A stretch of DNA of 64,000 nucleotides. Origin: an uncultured Gammaproteobacteria bacterium. Lineage in GTDB: Bacteria > Pseudomonadota > Gammaproteobacteria > Arenicellales > Arenicellaceae. This document shows, piece after piece, positions 40,990-51,839 of this stretch. The number at the start of each line of letters is the position of its first letter. Positions within the stretch are counted from its first letter, which is position 1. The stretch lies in NCBI GenBank assembly GCA_964407915.1, contig CAYOXK010000005.1:734-64733 (forward strand), read 5' to 3'. A program made the translations under genes and the position numbers. The notes below the pieces were generated by a model. That model made no database searches and was not told the DNA's origin. It saw only the letters and a program-made list of their open reading frames with translations.

Positions 40990-41153
40990 TCGATTTACTC
41001 TCGCACCGCGTTCCTATGGTGTGAATACGGGGCTAACATTCGATGGCTTAGTTAAACAACTCAAACAGTTTAACAAACAAACCCATTTTATTCGAAAGCA
41101 CTGTAACCATTACGCGAGACAGCGAGGGAGTCAAATACGAACCTTAGGAGCGT

Positions 41154-41849
41154 TTACAAATCCTGCGATTTAATCCAATGCTTGATTTCGTCGGTTAAGG
41201 CGATGTCATCTTTGCCCTTTTGCGAAATGACAGGCCCGATGCGGCACGTGATTACCCCGGGCTTAATCCAGAAACTCTCGCTTGACCAAAAGCGTCCCGC
41301 ATTATGTGCAATTGGTACGACCGGCACGTCGGCTTCAATTGCGAGCCGTGCGCCGCCCTTTTTATATTGCCGCTCCATACCTAAGGGAGTGCGTGTTCCC
41401 TCAGGAAACACGAGCACATAGCGATTCTCTTTGATCTTGTCTTTGCCTTGATCAACCACCTGCTCCAATGCATTTTTGCGATCAGAGCGGTCGATGGCGA
41501 TGGGGCGAGTCATCCACAGCCCCCAACCAAAAAATGGAATCTTCAAAAGTTCCTTTTTTAAGACCCAAGCGAGCGGTGGCAAGAAAGTTTGGGTTGCGAT
41601 GGTTTCCCATGTGCTTTGATGATTACTCGCAAAGACACACGGCGTGGTTGGAACATTCTCCAGACCTTCTACTTCATGCCGTAATCCACAGCAAACTTTA
41701 AGCCACCACACCACAAACACCGCCCACCCTGCAATCACTCGCGAACGAACGCGCGGCGGGGCAAAGAAGACCAGGGCCGATATGACCGTAAACGGTACGG
41801 TCGACAATGCTTCACCAAGATAGAAAAGTATAGAGCGTAAATAAATCAT
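41154..41849 (-). CDS. plsC: 1-acyl-sn-glycerol-3-phosphate acyltransferase
   Basis: NHQSTWET, KKEL..IPFFGW, FPEGTR, PIAHN. Confidence 0.93.
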   Translation of the reverse strand: MIYLRSILFYLGEALSTVPFTVISALVFFAPPRVRSRVIAGWAVFVVWWLKVCCGLRHEVEGLENVPTTPCVFASNHQSTWETIATQTFLPPLAWVLKKELLKIPFFGWGLWMTRPIAIDRSDRKNALEQVVDQGKDKIKENRYVLVFPEGTRTPLGMERQYKKGGARLAIEADVPVVPIAHNAGRFWSSESFWIKPGVITCRIGPVISQKGKDDIALTDEIKHWIKSQDL

Positions 41850-41927
41850 AAGCGTGGGCAGCGTCGAAAGTGTTAGAAAAGCGCTAGAGTTTCGTGTTGA
41901 CTAGTGACGTGTTTTGGGGGGGGTGCG

Positions 41928-42488
41928 CTACGGCTTTGACTCAATTAACAACCAATCCGCAAAGCCCGACAGGTCCTTGAACACGGGTGTTTCGGCTAAA
42001 TTGAGAGATACATCTTTACTAATCTCTTTGGCGGTGCGTTTACCATTACCCGTTTCCACCAGAATAGGGATGGCGCCTGCCGCTTGCGCCGCTTGCAGGT
42101 CGCGGATTGAATCGCCCACCGAATAAATGCCGCTAAACGAAATGCCAAGTTGTTGGGCTAATTCGGTGTATAAACCGATTTTAGGTTTACGGCAATCGCA
42201 GTTATCTTCGGCTTTATGGGGGCAAAACGCGACGCTGGAAATCTTACCGCCCGCTTGATGAATAGCGTCCAGCATGCGCAAATGAATTTGCCCGAGCATG
42301 TCAGCGCTAAACAGACCGCGCGAAATGCCCGATTGATTGGTAAGAATAATAATCGCAAAGCCTGCTTGGCTTAGCCGAGCGATAGCCTCTACGCTGCCCT
42401 TGATTGGCAGCCACTCCTCGGGTGTTTTTATGAACTCCGGCGACTCTATATTAATGACGCCATCACGGTCTAGAATTATCGGTTTCAT
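41928..42488 (-). CDS. gmhB: D-glycero-D-manno-heptose 1,7-bisphosphate phosphatase
   Basis: LDRDGVIN, TNQSGI.RG, CPH...CDCRKP, VGDS..D. Confidence 0.93.
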   Translation of the reverse strand: MKPIILDRDGVINIESPEFIKTPEEWLPIKGSVEAIARLSQAGFAIIILTNQSGISRGLFSADMLGQIHLRMLDAIHQAGGKISSVAFCPHKAEDNCDCRKPKIGLYTELAQQLGISFSGIYSVGDSIRDLQAAQAAGAIPILVETGNGKRTAKEISKDVSLNLAETPVFKDLSGFADWLLIESKP

Positions 42489-42532
42489 AAAGCGTCTCTT
42501 AGCAAAAGCACTCAGCGTGCAGCATTACGTGA

Positions 42533-44620
42533 TTAGCTTTGCAGCTGGGAAATATCAGCGACACGTAAAAATAAATCTTGTACGCGTTTGAGTAAAGCTA
42601 AGCGATTGTCTTGTTGAGCCGAGTTTTCGCTCATCACCATTACGTGCTCAAAGAAAACGTCGATCGGGGATCGCAGTTCCGCTAATTTTTCCAAGCCCGC
42701 CTGATAATTGCCGGCATCGAATAGCGCGTTACAATCAGCCTCTAAGGTGGTTAGCGCAGTGTACAGTTGTTGCTCTGCTGGCTCGACTAAATGGGCCGTA
42801 TCGACCGCTGCGTGCTGACTCTGTTGCTTTTTTAAAATGTTGCCAATACGTTTGTTTGCCGCGGCAAGGTCTACGGCACCCTCTAAACGAATAAATGCCG
42901 CCACGGCCTTTACGCGGTGTTCAAAATCCAATGGGCTATTGGGCACACATGCCGCCACGGCGTTGATCGTGCTGGTGCTGATATTCTGACTTTGGTAATA
43001 GGCCGTGAGGCGCCCGCGAATAAAGTCCACAATCGCGCTTTGGGTGTCGGCGTCAACCGCAAACTGTTGGCTTTGATACGCCTCGGCACTCCACGCGACG
43101 AGCTGCGTCAGTTCCAACTTGCACTCGCCTTCAATCAATATGCGTAAAATACTCAAAGCGGCACGTCGCAAGCTATACGGATCTTTATCGCCCGTGGGGA
43201 CTTCGCCCGCCGCGTATATGCCCACTAAGCTGTCGAGTTTGTCGGCTAGCGCTACCGCTTGCGCCTCGGGACTTTTGGGTAATTGGTCGCCAGAAAATTT
43301 AGGCCAGTAATGTTGCTCGACACAGTCTGCAACCACTTGGGGTTCGCCATCGAGCTCGGCGCAATAACGACCCATAACGCCTTGCAGTTCGGCAAACTCG
43401 CCAACCATATTGGAGTTTAGATCGGCTTTACACAAATAAGCACCGCGTTGCGCCAGTTCTACATTGGCTGCGAGCGCGCTACCAATGGTGCCCGCCAAAG
43501 CCTCAATACGCTGAGTTTTTTGTAGCAGTGAACCCAGTTTTATGTGGAACAACACCGCATCCAAGCCTGGTACGCGATCCGCAAGGCGAATCTTTTGATC
43601 GGCCGTCCAGAAAAATTCTGCGTCGGAAAGCCGAGCGCGCAATACCCGTTCGTTGCCCTGAATCATGCGTGCTTCGTCGTTACTTTGAATATTACTCACC
43701 GTAATAAAATAGGGTAACAAGGCGCCCGCTGCGTCGGTTAAATGAAAATACTTTTGGTGGTCGCGCATAGACGAGATTAAACATTCTTGGGGTACATCCA
43801 AAAAGGCTGAATCAAACCGACCCAAAACGGCGCGCGGATGTTCTACGAGACCAGTTACCTCGTCGAGTAATTGTGGGTCGACCTCGAGCACACCATCAAC
43901 GGACTTAGCCAGAGTGGATATTTGCGTTTTAATCGCGTGTTGACGTTCGGCAAAGCTGGCCAGCACATGACCTTCTTGCAGCATCTGCGCGGCATATTCG
44001 GATGCGCTATTCAGTGTAACCAAATGGCTGCTATGAAAGCGATGACCCCGACTCGTGCGACCAGCACTCAAGCCTAAGCAGGTAATCTTGAGCACATCGG
44101 CGCCAAAGAGCGCCATTAACCATTTGGCAGGACGCACAAACTCAGCATCTCCGTCGCCCCAGCGCATACGTTTTGCAATAGGCAGCTTTTTGATGGCTTG
44201 ATCAAGTACAGCTTGCACCACCGCTTCGATGTCTTGCCCAGACTCGGTAACGGTATAGCTTAGCCATTCCCCTTTATCTGTTACCAAGCGGGCTAACTCG
44301 TCTACCGTTACCCCACAAGACTGCGCGAAGCCTAATGCGGCCTGAGTCGGCACGCCATCTTTAAATGCCGCTTGTACTGCGGGGCCTCGGCGTTCGACCG
44401 TTTGATCAGCTTGTGCAGCGGCCACATCACTGACTAAAACGGCAAGGCGTCGCGGTGCTGCAAATGGCGTAACCTGCGCCGTATCGGTAATGAGTTGTGC
44501 TTCGAGTAAGCCCGCGTGAATCTCGCGGGTAAATGCATCGCTTAGCGTTTTAAGTGTCTTGGGCGGGAGTTCTTCCGTGCCCAGTTCGATCAGCAGGAAG
44601 TCGCGCTTAGGTGAGCTCAT
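42533..44620 (-). CDS. glyS: Glycine--tRNA ligase beta subunit
   Basis: [53 protein letters not shown]. Confidence 0.97.
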   Translation of the reverse strand: MSSPKRDFLLIELGTEELPPKTLKTLSDAFTREIHAGLLEAQLITDTAQVTPFAAPRRLAVLVSDVAAAQADQTVERRGPAVQAAFKDGVPTQAALGFAQSCGVTVDELARLVTDKGEWLSYTVTESGQDIEAVVQAVLDQAIKKLPIAKRMRWGDGDAEFVRPAKWLMALFGADVLKITCLGLSAGRTSRGHRFHSSHLVTLNSASEYAAQMLQEGHVLASFAERQHAIKTQISTLAKSVDGVLEVDPQLLDEVTGLVEHPRAVLGRFDSAFLDVPQECLISSMRDHQKYFHLTDAAGALLPYFITVSNIQSNDEARMIQGNERVLRARLSDAEFFWTADQKIRLADRVPGLDAVLFHIKLGSLLQKTQRIEALAGTIGSALAANVELAQRGAYLCKADLNSNMVGEFAELQGVMGRYCAELDGEPQVVADCVEQHYWPKFSGDQLPKSPEAQAVALADKLDSLVGIYAAGEVPTGDKDPYSLRRAALSILRILIEGECKLELTQLVAWSAEAYQSQQFAVDADTQSAIVDFIRGRLTAYYQSQNISTSTINAVAACVPNSPLDFEHRVKAVAAFIRLEGAVDLAAANKRIGNILKKQQSQHAAVDTAHLVEPAEQQLYTALTTLEADCNALFDAGNYQAGLEKLAELRSPIDVFFEHVMVMSENSAQQDNRLALLKRVQDLFLRVADISQLQS

Positions 44621-45549
44621 TGCGTACCTCCCTGACTAGACTTAAGGGTTGCAGTAACAAGGTCTTTACCGCGCGGAAAGCCGAGTGCTTCGCGGGCCTC
44701 ATAATAGGTGTGAGCCACGCCGCGCGAAAGGGTACGTATACGGCCAATATAGCGCGCGCGTTCGGTAACGCTGATGGCATGCCGAGCGTCGAGCATATTA
44801 AAGCTGTGCGAAGCCTTTAAAACTTTTTCGTAGGCCGGCAGGGGGAGTTTTTGGTCGATCAAATATTGCCCTTCTTGCTCTGCCGCGTTGAACTGTCTGA
44901 AAAGGTCTTCGACGTCAGCATGTTCAAAATTAAAGGTCGATTGTTCAAGCTCATTTTGGTAAAAAATATCGCCGTATTTAAAACCATTGGTCCACACTAA
45001 GTCGTACACGCTTTCAACGCCTTGCAGATACATCGCAATGCGCTCTAAACCATAGGTTATCTCGCCCGTAACGGGTTTGCAGTCTAATCCGCCCACTTGT
45101 TGAAAGTAGGTAAATTGCGTGACCTCCATGCCGTTTAACCACACTTCCCAGCCCAAGCCCCAAGCGCCCAGTGTAGGGGATTCCCAGTTGTCTTCCACAA
45201 AGCGAATGTCGTCAACTAACGGATCGATGCCTAGGACTTTCAGTGATTCAAGATACAGCTCTTGAAAATTGTCCGGCGACGGTTTGAGAATGACCTGATA
45301 CTGATAATAATGTTGCAAGCGATTCGGGTTTTCGCCATAGCGGCCATCGGTTGGGCGGCGCGAGGGTTGCACATACGCTGCGCGCATGGGCTCGGGCCCT
45401 ACGGCACCTAAAAACGTGGCTGTATGAAAGGTGCCGGCGCCTACTTCCATATCGTAGGGTTGCATAATCATGCAGCCTTGGTCGGCCCAGAATTGTTGTA
45501 GGCGTAGAATGAGGTCTTGAAAGCTCAGAACTGGTTGAGAATCGGGCAT
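44617..45549 (-). CDS. glyQ: Glycine--tRNA ligase alpha subunit
   Basis: [55 protein letters not shown]; start placed at ATG 45549. Confidence 0.98.
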   Translation of the reverse strand: MPDSQPVLSFQDLILRLQQFWADQGCMIMQPYDMEVGAGTFHTATFLGAVGPEPMRAAYVQPSRRPTDGRYGENPNRLQHYYQYQVILKPSPDNFQELYLESLKVLGIDPLVDDIRFVEDNWESPTLGAWGLGWEVWLNGMEVTQFTYFQQVGGLDCKPVTGEITYGLERIAMYLQGVESVYDLVWTNGFKYGDIFYQNELEQSTFNFEHADVEDLFRQFNAAEQEGQYLIDQKLPLPAYEKVLKASHSFNMLDARHAISVTERARYIGRIRTLSRGVAHTYYEAREALGFPRGKDLVTATLKSSQGGTQ

Positions 45550-45821
45550 CGGGATTTTTCTCGAACTATTCGAGGTGAATTGGGTGGGCACCTGTAAGCG
45601 CCACGGTAAATCATTGAGCCTTTTGCCAGAGGGCAAAGCCACTCGGGGGTGCTTAATAACAGCGCGCTATTATAGCTTCCGAGGTGAATTTAGCGAGGTT
45701 TTTGCGGCAGCAGTTTCGCCTTTGCTGCTATACCTCAGGCGGTATAGCTTGCATAACCTCTCGACATAATAGACATATTGTCCAATTGTTGCGAATATAT
45801 GAAGAAAACGTGAAAAAGTAT

Positions 45822-45850
45822 TAGACAAGCTTTCGCAGATGCAGTAATTT
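45822..45850 (+). promoter_or_regulatory. Sigma70-like promoter with no downstream CDS
   Basis: -35 TAGACA (45822-45827), 17-bp spacer, -10 TAATTT (45845-45850). Confidence 0.5.
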
Positions 45851-45856
45851 TCAACT

Positions 45857-45960
45857 CGACTGAGGTCAAGCCCAAGTCACCTAGGAGTGAGGAAGGTGCA
45901 ATTAATAGCACTCTCATAAGGGAAACCCGCCAACAATAATAATAAGGGCGGGTTTTTTTA
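45857..45960 (+). ncRNA. Candidate small RNA
   Basis: Bounded by the promoter above and an intrinsic terminator; no substantial ORF; contains GGA motifs and short hairpins. Confidence 0.4.
45923..45959 (+). terminator. Intrinsic terminator
   Basis: aaacccgcc / ggcgggttt stem with loop aacaataataataag, then a T-tract. Confidence 0.75.
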
Positions 45961-46088
45961 TGCCTACTGTTTTTGATTGTGTTTGTGTTTGGGTTTTGGT
46001 CGTGTTTGGGGCCCGATCTACAGTTTTGCGCTAACGACTACTCAATTGAATCGCCGTTAGCCCCTTATCCGTATCAGACCCTTAAATA

Positions 46089-46322
46089 TTATTTTAGGTT
46101 TTTGACATACGCGACACCAAATAAAAACGTCATGATAAATGACTTTGGCTCGCCATCGCCTTTGGCCTTGATTGCAGCACGAAATATAAAATATTCAATC
46201 ACATGCGCTACGGCTAACAGCAAGCCGATCGCGTTGAGCGGCATCACTAAGATTTCAGGTAACGTGAATAATAAGTTGGCCACAACCAACCCCCAAATTA
46301 CTACTAAGCTCGCTTTTATCAT
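46089..46322 (-). CDS. Small membrane protein (DUF1145/YhhL-like)
   Basis: Two transmembrane segments, LLLAVAHVIEY motif, FLFGV.Y C-terminus. Confidence 0.65.
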   Translation of the reverse strand: MIKASLVVIWGLVVANLLFTLPEILVMPLNAIGLLLAVAHVIEYFIFRAAIKAKGDGEPKSFIMTFLFGVAYVKNLK

Positions 46323-46619
46323 TTTTTTTCTCAAGTAGATTGTCTATAAATAGATTAGTAAAAATAGCGCGGAAGAATCGCAACTCCAGTTTAGCAGAGA
46401 CCCAGCGACCTTTTACAGCAATGCGCAATCTCGCAGAATGAGATTAGTAAGCGGCTATTTAGTAAGCGGCTATAATGGCGATCTCAATGTCTTGCTACAC
46501 GCTTAGCGCTTGGTAATGTACCGCGCAGTAAGCTCTCTGATGTGCACATACCTAGCGCACATCATTCACCGTATAAGTACGGATATCGATTTTTTCACTC
46601 AATTTAACTCGCATCTCAA

Positions 46620-47414
46620 ATGACTATGGATACATCAAAACTTTTTTCTTTAGAAGGCAAGATCGCGCTCGTTACCGGTGGTTCGCGCGGTATTGGCAAG
46701 ATGATTGTCGAAGGCTTCTTAGCCCAAGGTGCCACCGTGTACATCTCGTCTCGCAAAGCCGATGTTTGTGATGCAGTGGCTGAAGAACTGGGACCCAAAT
46801 GTATTTCGCTACCCAGAGACATCAGCAATGTTGCGGGTTGCCAAGGCTTGGCTGCTGAGTTTGCGCGTCGCGAACCAAAGTTAGACATCCTAGTCAATAA
46901 TGCCGGCGCCGCATGGGGCATGCCGTTCGAGGAGTTCTCAGAGCAGGGGTGGGACAAAGTGATGGATTTAAACCTGAAGTCACCGTTCTTTTTACTGCAA
47001 GCACTGCACGGCTCGCTGCGTGCGGCTGGCTCGCCGCAGCAACCGGCCAAAGTGATTAATATTGCGTCAATTGATGGTTTACGTCTAAATCCATGGGATA
47101 CCTATAGTTATCATGCATCTAAATCGGCTCTCATCTACTTAACCAAGCGTTTGGCGGCACGGCTTGTAGCCGATCATATTAATGTAACGGCGATCGCGCC
47201 TGGTGCTTTTCCATCCGAAATGAATCGTGCGGCGCGTGATCACGCCAACGAAGTTGCTCTGTCGATTCCCTCTAAGCGAATTGGCGTGGCTGAAGATATG
47301 GCAGGCACCGCTATTTTCCTGGCGAGCCGCGCAGGTGATTATATTGTAGGTGATACCATTGCCGTTGACGGCGGTATTGTGCACGCGTCAGTAGGTAATA
47401 GTATTGATGCTTGA
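46620..47414 (+). CDS. Short-chain dehydrogenase/reductase
   Basis: TGGSRGIG, LVNNAG, YHASK, IAPG.FPS. Confidence 0.93.
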   Translation: MTMDTSKLFSLEGKIALVTGGSRGIGKMIVEGFLAQGATVYISSRKADVCDAVAEELGPKCISLPRDISNVAGCQGLAAEFARREPKLDILVNNAGAAWGMPFEEFSEQGWDKVMDLNLKSPFFLLQALHGSLRAAGSPQQPAKVINIASIDGLRLNPWDTYSYHASKSALIYLTKRLAARLVADHINVTAIAPGAFPSEMNRAARDHANEVALSIPSKRIGVAEDMAGTAIFLASRAGDYIVGDTIAVDGGIVHASVGNSIDA

Positions 47415-47524
47415 GCGAGAACATCGCGCTGTCCCTATAACCCCATTGTGACCTTAAGGCGTATGCAGTAAAGTCGCTCAAAGCACACTGATTCCGCATC
47501 GACAATTAAACATCGAGATAAACT

Positions 47525-48304
47525 ATGGATGAGCAATGGGTTCCGCAGAAAAAAGACCGTAGCGCTTTGTGGGGTGTGCTCTGCAAGGTAACCGCGTACT
47601 ACGTGGTGTTTATCGCGATCGTTGCGCTCTGCATACGATTTATCCCAGGCTTTGTCGATAGCTTGCCGATTGGTGGTGTGAGTGACCTCTCTGGCGCGGC
47701 CGATCTTGAGATCTCTCAATTGGAAGATGCCCTGCTGAATGGTGATTTTGAAGAAGAAGATTTCACGGCAGCTGAAACGCGCACTCGAAGCGCGTTCAGA
47801 ATTGACGATGCGCTTTCGCTCTTCTACGCCATGCTTGGATGTTTGCTTCTCATGTTCCCTGTGTCGTGGGTGCATAAAGCGATTCATCGCGAGGGTGATC
47901 ACGATCACTCGCTAGACGAAACCACTTTAGTGCTGCCCACTGTGGTCGCGGGTATCGTCATGGTGGTTCAGCACAGTCTAGCGTTAGCATTTAGTTTGGC
48001 GGGTATTGTGGCTGGCGTGCAGTTTAGGCGCGCCTTGACGGATACGTTCGACACCTTGTTTATTTTTGTATCGATTGCGGTTGGAATCGCAGGCGGCATT
48101 CATGCTTTGGATATCGCGGTAGTCATCACGGTGTTCTTTTCCTATACAGCTCTTGGAGTTTGTTTGTTCGGCGATGGTTTAGAGTCGCAACATTCGGCGC
48201 ATTCAAAGCGCGAGAAACTCAGAGCCAAACAAGAAGCCGCGGGGGGCAACGACAGTCTTGACGACAGTTCCAACAATAACCACTCGGTCGCGGCCGACAA
48301 ATGA
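47525..48304 (+). CDS. DUF4956-like membrane protein
   Basis: SLALAFSLAGIVAGVQFRRALTDTFDTLFIFVSIAVGIAGG resembles the DUF4956 core. Confidence 0.7.
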   Translation: MDEQWVPQKKDRSALWGVLCKVTAYYVVFIAIVALCIRFIPGFVDSLPIGGVSDLSGAADLEISQLEDALLNGDFEEEDFTAAETRTRSAFRIDDALSLFYAMLGCLLLMFPVSWVHKAIHREGDHDHSLDETTLVLPTVVAGIVMVVQHSLALAFSLAGIVAGVQFRRALTDTFDTLFIFVSIAVGIAGGIHALDIAVVITVFFSYTALGVCLFGDGLESQHSAHSKREKLRAKQEAAGGNDSLDDSSNNNHSVAADK

Positions 48305-48320
48305 GTCAGACGCCATCCTT

Positions 48321-49451
48321 ATGAACTTGGCTCGCAACGCATACCTTGGGCTAGCACTCTGTGTTGGCCTGTTGGCGTCGGCCTGCGTATCGAGTCCACC
48401 CAATTCCTCAACAACGGCCGCGATAGCTCGCACTGTTGCAATTGGCGATATCCACGGCGATTTCGATCGCTTTGTTGCGGTACTGCAGGCCACTGGCTTA
48501 GTGGACGAAAAGCTCAGCTGGGCGGGCGGCAAAACTACGCTTGTACAGCTCGGCGACAGTACTGATCGTGGTGCCGACTCGCGCAAAGCCATCGACCTGT
48601 TACGCAAATTAAGTAAACAAGCACTCCGCGCGGGCGGTAAAGTGCATATCGTGATCGGTAATCACGAAGTAATGAACGTAACCGGTGACTTGCGCTATGT
48701 ACACCCCGGCGAGTACGCCGCGTTTAAAGATCAATATTCCAAACGTCGTCTTGATGCTTACTATCGACAGACCGTGGCTCAGCTGAAAGCGACCACGCCG
48801 CGGGGCGAAGCTTTTGCGCTGCCAGCAGATCATCGTGAACAGTGGAACAAGCAATTTCCACTTGGCTATGTCGCGCACCGCGACGCATGGAGCCCTGAAG
48901 GTGAATATGGCCGCTGGACGTTGCTCAGTGCAACCGCAGTCAAGGTAGCGGATACTGTTTTTGTACACGGCGGCCTATCCAGCAAATACGCAAGCTTAAG
49001 CTTAAGAACGCTCAATCGGCGTGTGCGAGAGGAGATCAGAAATCCTAAGCTATGGGGCGAAGGCTCAATTATTGATGACCCAGAGGGCCCGTTTTGGTAT
49101 CGCGGTTGGGCAGAACTGCCTGAAACGCCCGAGAACGAAGCGTTGCTTGATAAAGTGCTCAGTAAGCTTGGAGCGCAACGCATGGTAGTGGGGCATACTC
49201 CGCTAGTAAACACGGTGCTGCCGCGATTTAATGGCAAAGTAATCGTGGCGGATGTGGGTCTGTCGGACTACTACGGGGGTGCTAATGCCGCTCTGGAGCT
49301 GGTTGGTAATCGCGCGTACGCGCTCATCAACGGTCAGCGCGTGCCTTTACCTACCAGCAGTGCTGACGTAATGGATTATCTCGATACTGCGGCGCAGATC
49401 GTTGCAGACGACACTAGAATTCGTGAGTATCAGCAATCGCTACGCGAGTAA
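48321..49451 (+). CDS. Lipoprotein calcineurin-like metallophosphoesterase (Shewanella-like phosphatase type)
   Basis: Lipobox LLASA-C; GDIHGD, GDSTDRG, GNHE, VHGG, GHT. Confidence 0.85.
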   Translation: MNLARNAYLGLALCVGLLASACVSSPPNSSTTAAIARTVAIGDIHGDFDRFVAVLQATGLVDEKLSWAGGKTTLVQLGDSTDRGADSRKAIDLLRKLSKQALRAGGKVHIVIGNHEVMNVTGDLRYVHPGEYAAFKDQYSKRRLDAYYRQTVAQLKATTPRGEAFALPADHREQWNKQFPLGYVAHRDAWSPEGEYGRWTLLSATAVKVADTVFVHGGLSSKYASLSLRTLNRRVREEIRNPKLWGEGSIIDDPEGPFWYRGWAELPETPENEALLDKVLSKLGAQRMVVGHTPLVNTVLPRFNGKVIVADVGLSDYYGGANAALELVGNRAYALINGQRVPLPTSSADVMDYLDTAAQIVADDTRIREYQQSLRE

Positions 49452-49490
49452 GCCGTAATTTGATTTGGTGAGTTTGTTGGTAAGCTCAGG

Positions 49491-50639
49491 CTAACCGACC
49501 GTTGAACCACGACACCGCCCGGCTATTTCTTTTTGATAGCGGGAAGGATCCTCAACCAGCTCGTAAAATTCCTCAAAATATTGTTTGGTGCGCTTTTTCA
49601 TTGACGCACGAATTAATTGTGAACTGTCTACTAACGCCATAATATCGGCTTTGTGGTGTTTAAACTTATCGATACCCGCTTGATAATATTCGTCGTCTTT
49701 ACACCAGCCATTAAAATAACGTTGACGCACAGATTTGATGGGTACCGTGCCGGGTGGTGCGGCGTAGGGTGCATTGACCAAGCCCGACATATCAAAGTCG
49801 TAGGGAACTGGAATGAGTTTGCCGCCCTCTTCAGGTGGCGCGAGCAACTCAACATTATGACAACACAGCTCGCCAGGCATGCCTGTGAGAGTTGAATAGT
49901 CATTGTTAGCGATGAACAAGGCAAAAATCTCGAGCAGAGCGGTTTCGTGTAAATCCAAGTGATAGCGGCTCGCTGTTTGCGGCTGTACGTGTTTCAGCTG
50001 TTTGCGCTTGGCGAATTCGCTAATATCTTCGATCACAAACGCGGTGGTGGTGCGCGGCTTCTGTTTGCCGTCTAGATCGACATAGCTTAAGTTCAGCACG
50101 CGAGTGTGTAACGCATAATCACTCACTGTAGCAAAGACCTGATACGCCAAATGCTCTAATCCAACCAAGTCATTGAAAATCCCGCCAGGTTGGCAGGGGC
50201 CGACTAATTTCAATTTATCCTGGCCATGCAAGAGCGTGTTCTTAACCTGCTTTTTAGGAAAATTGAGTCGCAGGGGCGGTAGATTACAATGCGCCCGTCG
50301 AAAATTACCGCGCGTCTTTACTTTCAACGGCAGCCGCACTATTACATCGTTAGTGTCTTTGTAGCTGAAATTACCATCAATATAAAACCGCGCATCCTCG
50401 CCCTTCTGCTCATAGGTTTGGGTAAGCGGAACGCTGAGCACGGCGGTTAAGGGCTGCTCGTCGTTGAACAAAGGTTGTTGCGCCGCATTGGCAAAGTACA
50501 CCACCAGTAGCCACAGTGGTATGACGGTAAACTGTGCCCCGTATTTTATTAAGCGCCTTGCCGGTCTGATGTTTAATTGCAACGGCGCGTTCGTAGCACC
50601 CATTACTTTGTGGATTACACCCATAATGTCTTTGCCCAA
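49491..50639 (-). CDS. Exported protein with CotH-like atypical kinase motifs (start uncertain)
   Basis: KTRGNFRR, EHLAYQVF, FIANNDY, HNVELL, IPVPYDFDMSG; hydrophobic N-terminal segment. Confidence 0.6.
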   Translation of the reverse strand: MGKDIMGVIHKVMGATNAPLQLNIRPARRLIKYGAQFTVIPLWLLVVYFANAAQQPLFNDEQPLTAVLSVPLTQTYEQKGEDARFYIDGNFSYKDTNDVIVRLPLKVKTRGNFRRAHCNLPPLRLNFPKKQVKNTLLHGQDKLKLVGPCQPGGIFNDLVGLEHLAYQVFATVSDYALHTRVLNLSYVDLDGKQKPRTTTAFVIEDISEFAKRKQLKHVQPQTASRYHLDLHETALLEIFALFIANNDYSTLTGMPGELCCHNVELLAPPEEGGKLIPVPYDFDMSGLVNAPYAAPPGTVPIKSVRQRYFNGWCKDDEYYQAGIDKFKHHKADIMALVDSSQLIRASMKKRTKQYFEEFYELVEDPSRYQKEIAGRCRGSTVG

Positions 50640-50850
50640 CCTAAGGTCATTATTGAAGAGAAAGCCTGGGTAAATACTAGCACTAGAGCGTTATCAGCGA
50701 CTAGCTTCTCAGGTGTGCTTCGCCATACACAGCAATGACCATCGTAAGGAATGTATGCCCGCCGCGCAAGCGCCATCCACCGCTGCAGATAAAAGTGGCG
50801 ACGATTTAAATGCAGCATTTTTAAACGGCAGTCAGTGTTGTGTTGCTTGG

Positions 50851-51798
50851 TTACTGAACCGCCGCATCAGTGGCCGCTACTAAAGCCCTGCGTATGCCTG
50901 GTTCAGACATAGAATGGCCCGCATCTTGAATAATTTCGAGTTTTGCTTCGGGCCAAGCACGCGATAATTCCCAAGCTGATTCGGCGGGGCAAACTACATC
51001 GTAGCGGCCCTGTACGATTACGGCGGGAATGTGCCGAATGCGATCTATGTTGTCGAGCAATTGGTTTTCGTTATCAAAAAAACCTTTGTTCGTGAAGTAA
51101 TGACATTCAATGCGCGCAAATGCCACCGCAAAGCTGGGTTGGTCGAAAGCGTTCATCAGATCGCTGTCTTGCAGTAATTTCGAGGTGCTGGCTTCCCATA
51201 CCGACCAGGCGCGGGCCGCCGCATAGCGCGTTTCTTGGTCGTCGCTGGTTAAGCGTTTGTGGTAGGCCGCTACTAAGTCACCTCGTTCGGCTTCAGGGAT
51301 GGGGGCTAAAAAGTGTTCCCACGCGTCGGGATATATACGACTCGTGCCTTCTTGATAAAACCAGTCGATTTCCTTTTTGCGCAGCAAAAATATGCCACGC
51401 AAGAACAACGCGGTGCAGCGGCTGGGGTGCGTCTGCGCATAGGTAAGGCTTAAGGTAGAGCCCCAACTGCCGCCGAACACGGCCCATGCGTCAATCGCAA
51501 GATGCGTACGTAACGCTTCGATATCCGCCACCAGATCCCACGTGGTGTTCTCGCGCAGTTCGGCAAAAGGGGTGCTTTGTCCGCAGCCGCGTTGTGAAAA
51601 TTGAATGATCCGCCATTTACGCGGATCAAAATAGCGTCGATAAGTAGGGCTTAATCCACCGCCTGGCCCGCCATGCAGTAGCACTACCGGTCGCCCCTGT
51701 GGGTTGCCACTTTGCTCAAAGTGAATGGTGTGTAGCTCCGACACCTTTAAAAAACTAGAGTCGTAGGCAGCAATTTCTGGGTAAAGGTCTTTTAACAT
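50851..51798 (-). CDS. pip: Proline iminopeptidase
   Basis: LHGGPGGG, QRGCGQS.P, FGGSWGSTL, LRGIF, QGRYD.VCP, AGHS. Confidence 0.96.
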   Translation of the reverse strand: MLKDLYPEIAAYDSSFLKVSELHTIHFEQSGNPQGRPVVLLHGGPGGGLSPTYRRYFDPRKWRIIQFSQRGCGQSTPFAELRENTTWDLVADIEALRTHLAIDAWAVFGGSWGSTLSLTYAQTHPSRCTALFLRGIFLLRKKEIDWFYQEGTSRIYPDAWEHFLAPIPEAERGDLVAAYHKRLTSDDQETRYAAARAWSVWEASTSKLLQDSDLMNAFDQPSFAVAFARIECHYFTNKGFFDNENQLLDNIDRIRHIPAVIVQGRYDVVCPAESAWELSRAWPEAKLEIIQDAGHSMSEPGIRRALVAATDAAVQ

Positions 51799-51839
51799 GG
51801 CGGCGTTGGGCTTGGCGTGGTTGAATAAGCGATCCTTAA

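Noticed and set aside
45973-46338. 121-aa plus-strand ORF
   Set aside because: Antisense to the DUF1145-like gene, which has better protein features.
47435-47908. 157-aa minus-strand ORF
   Set aside because: Shadow of the DUF4956-like gene.
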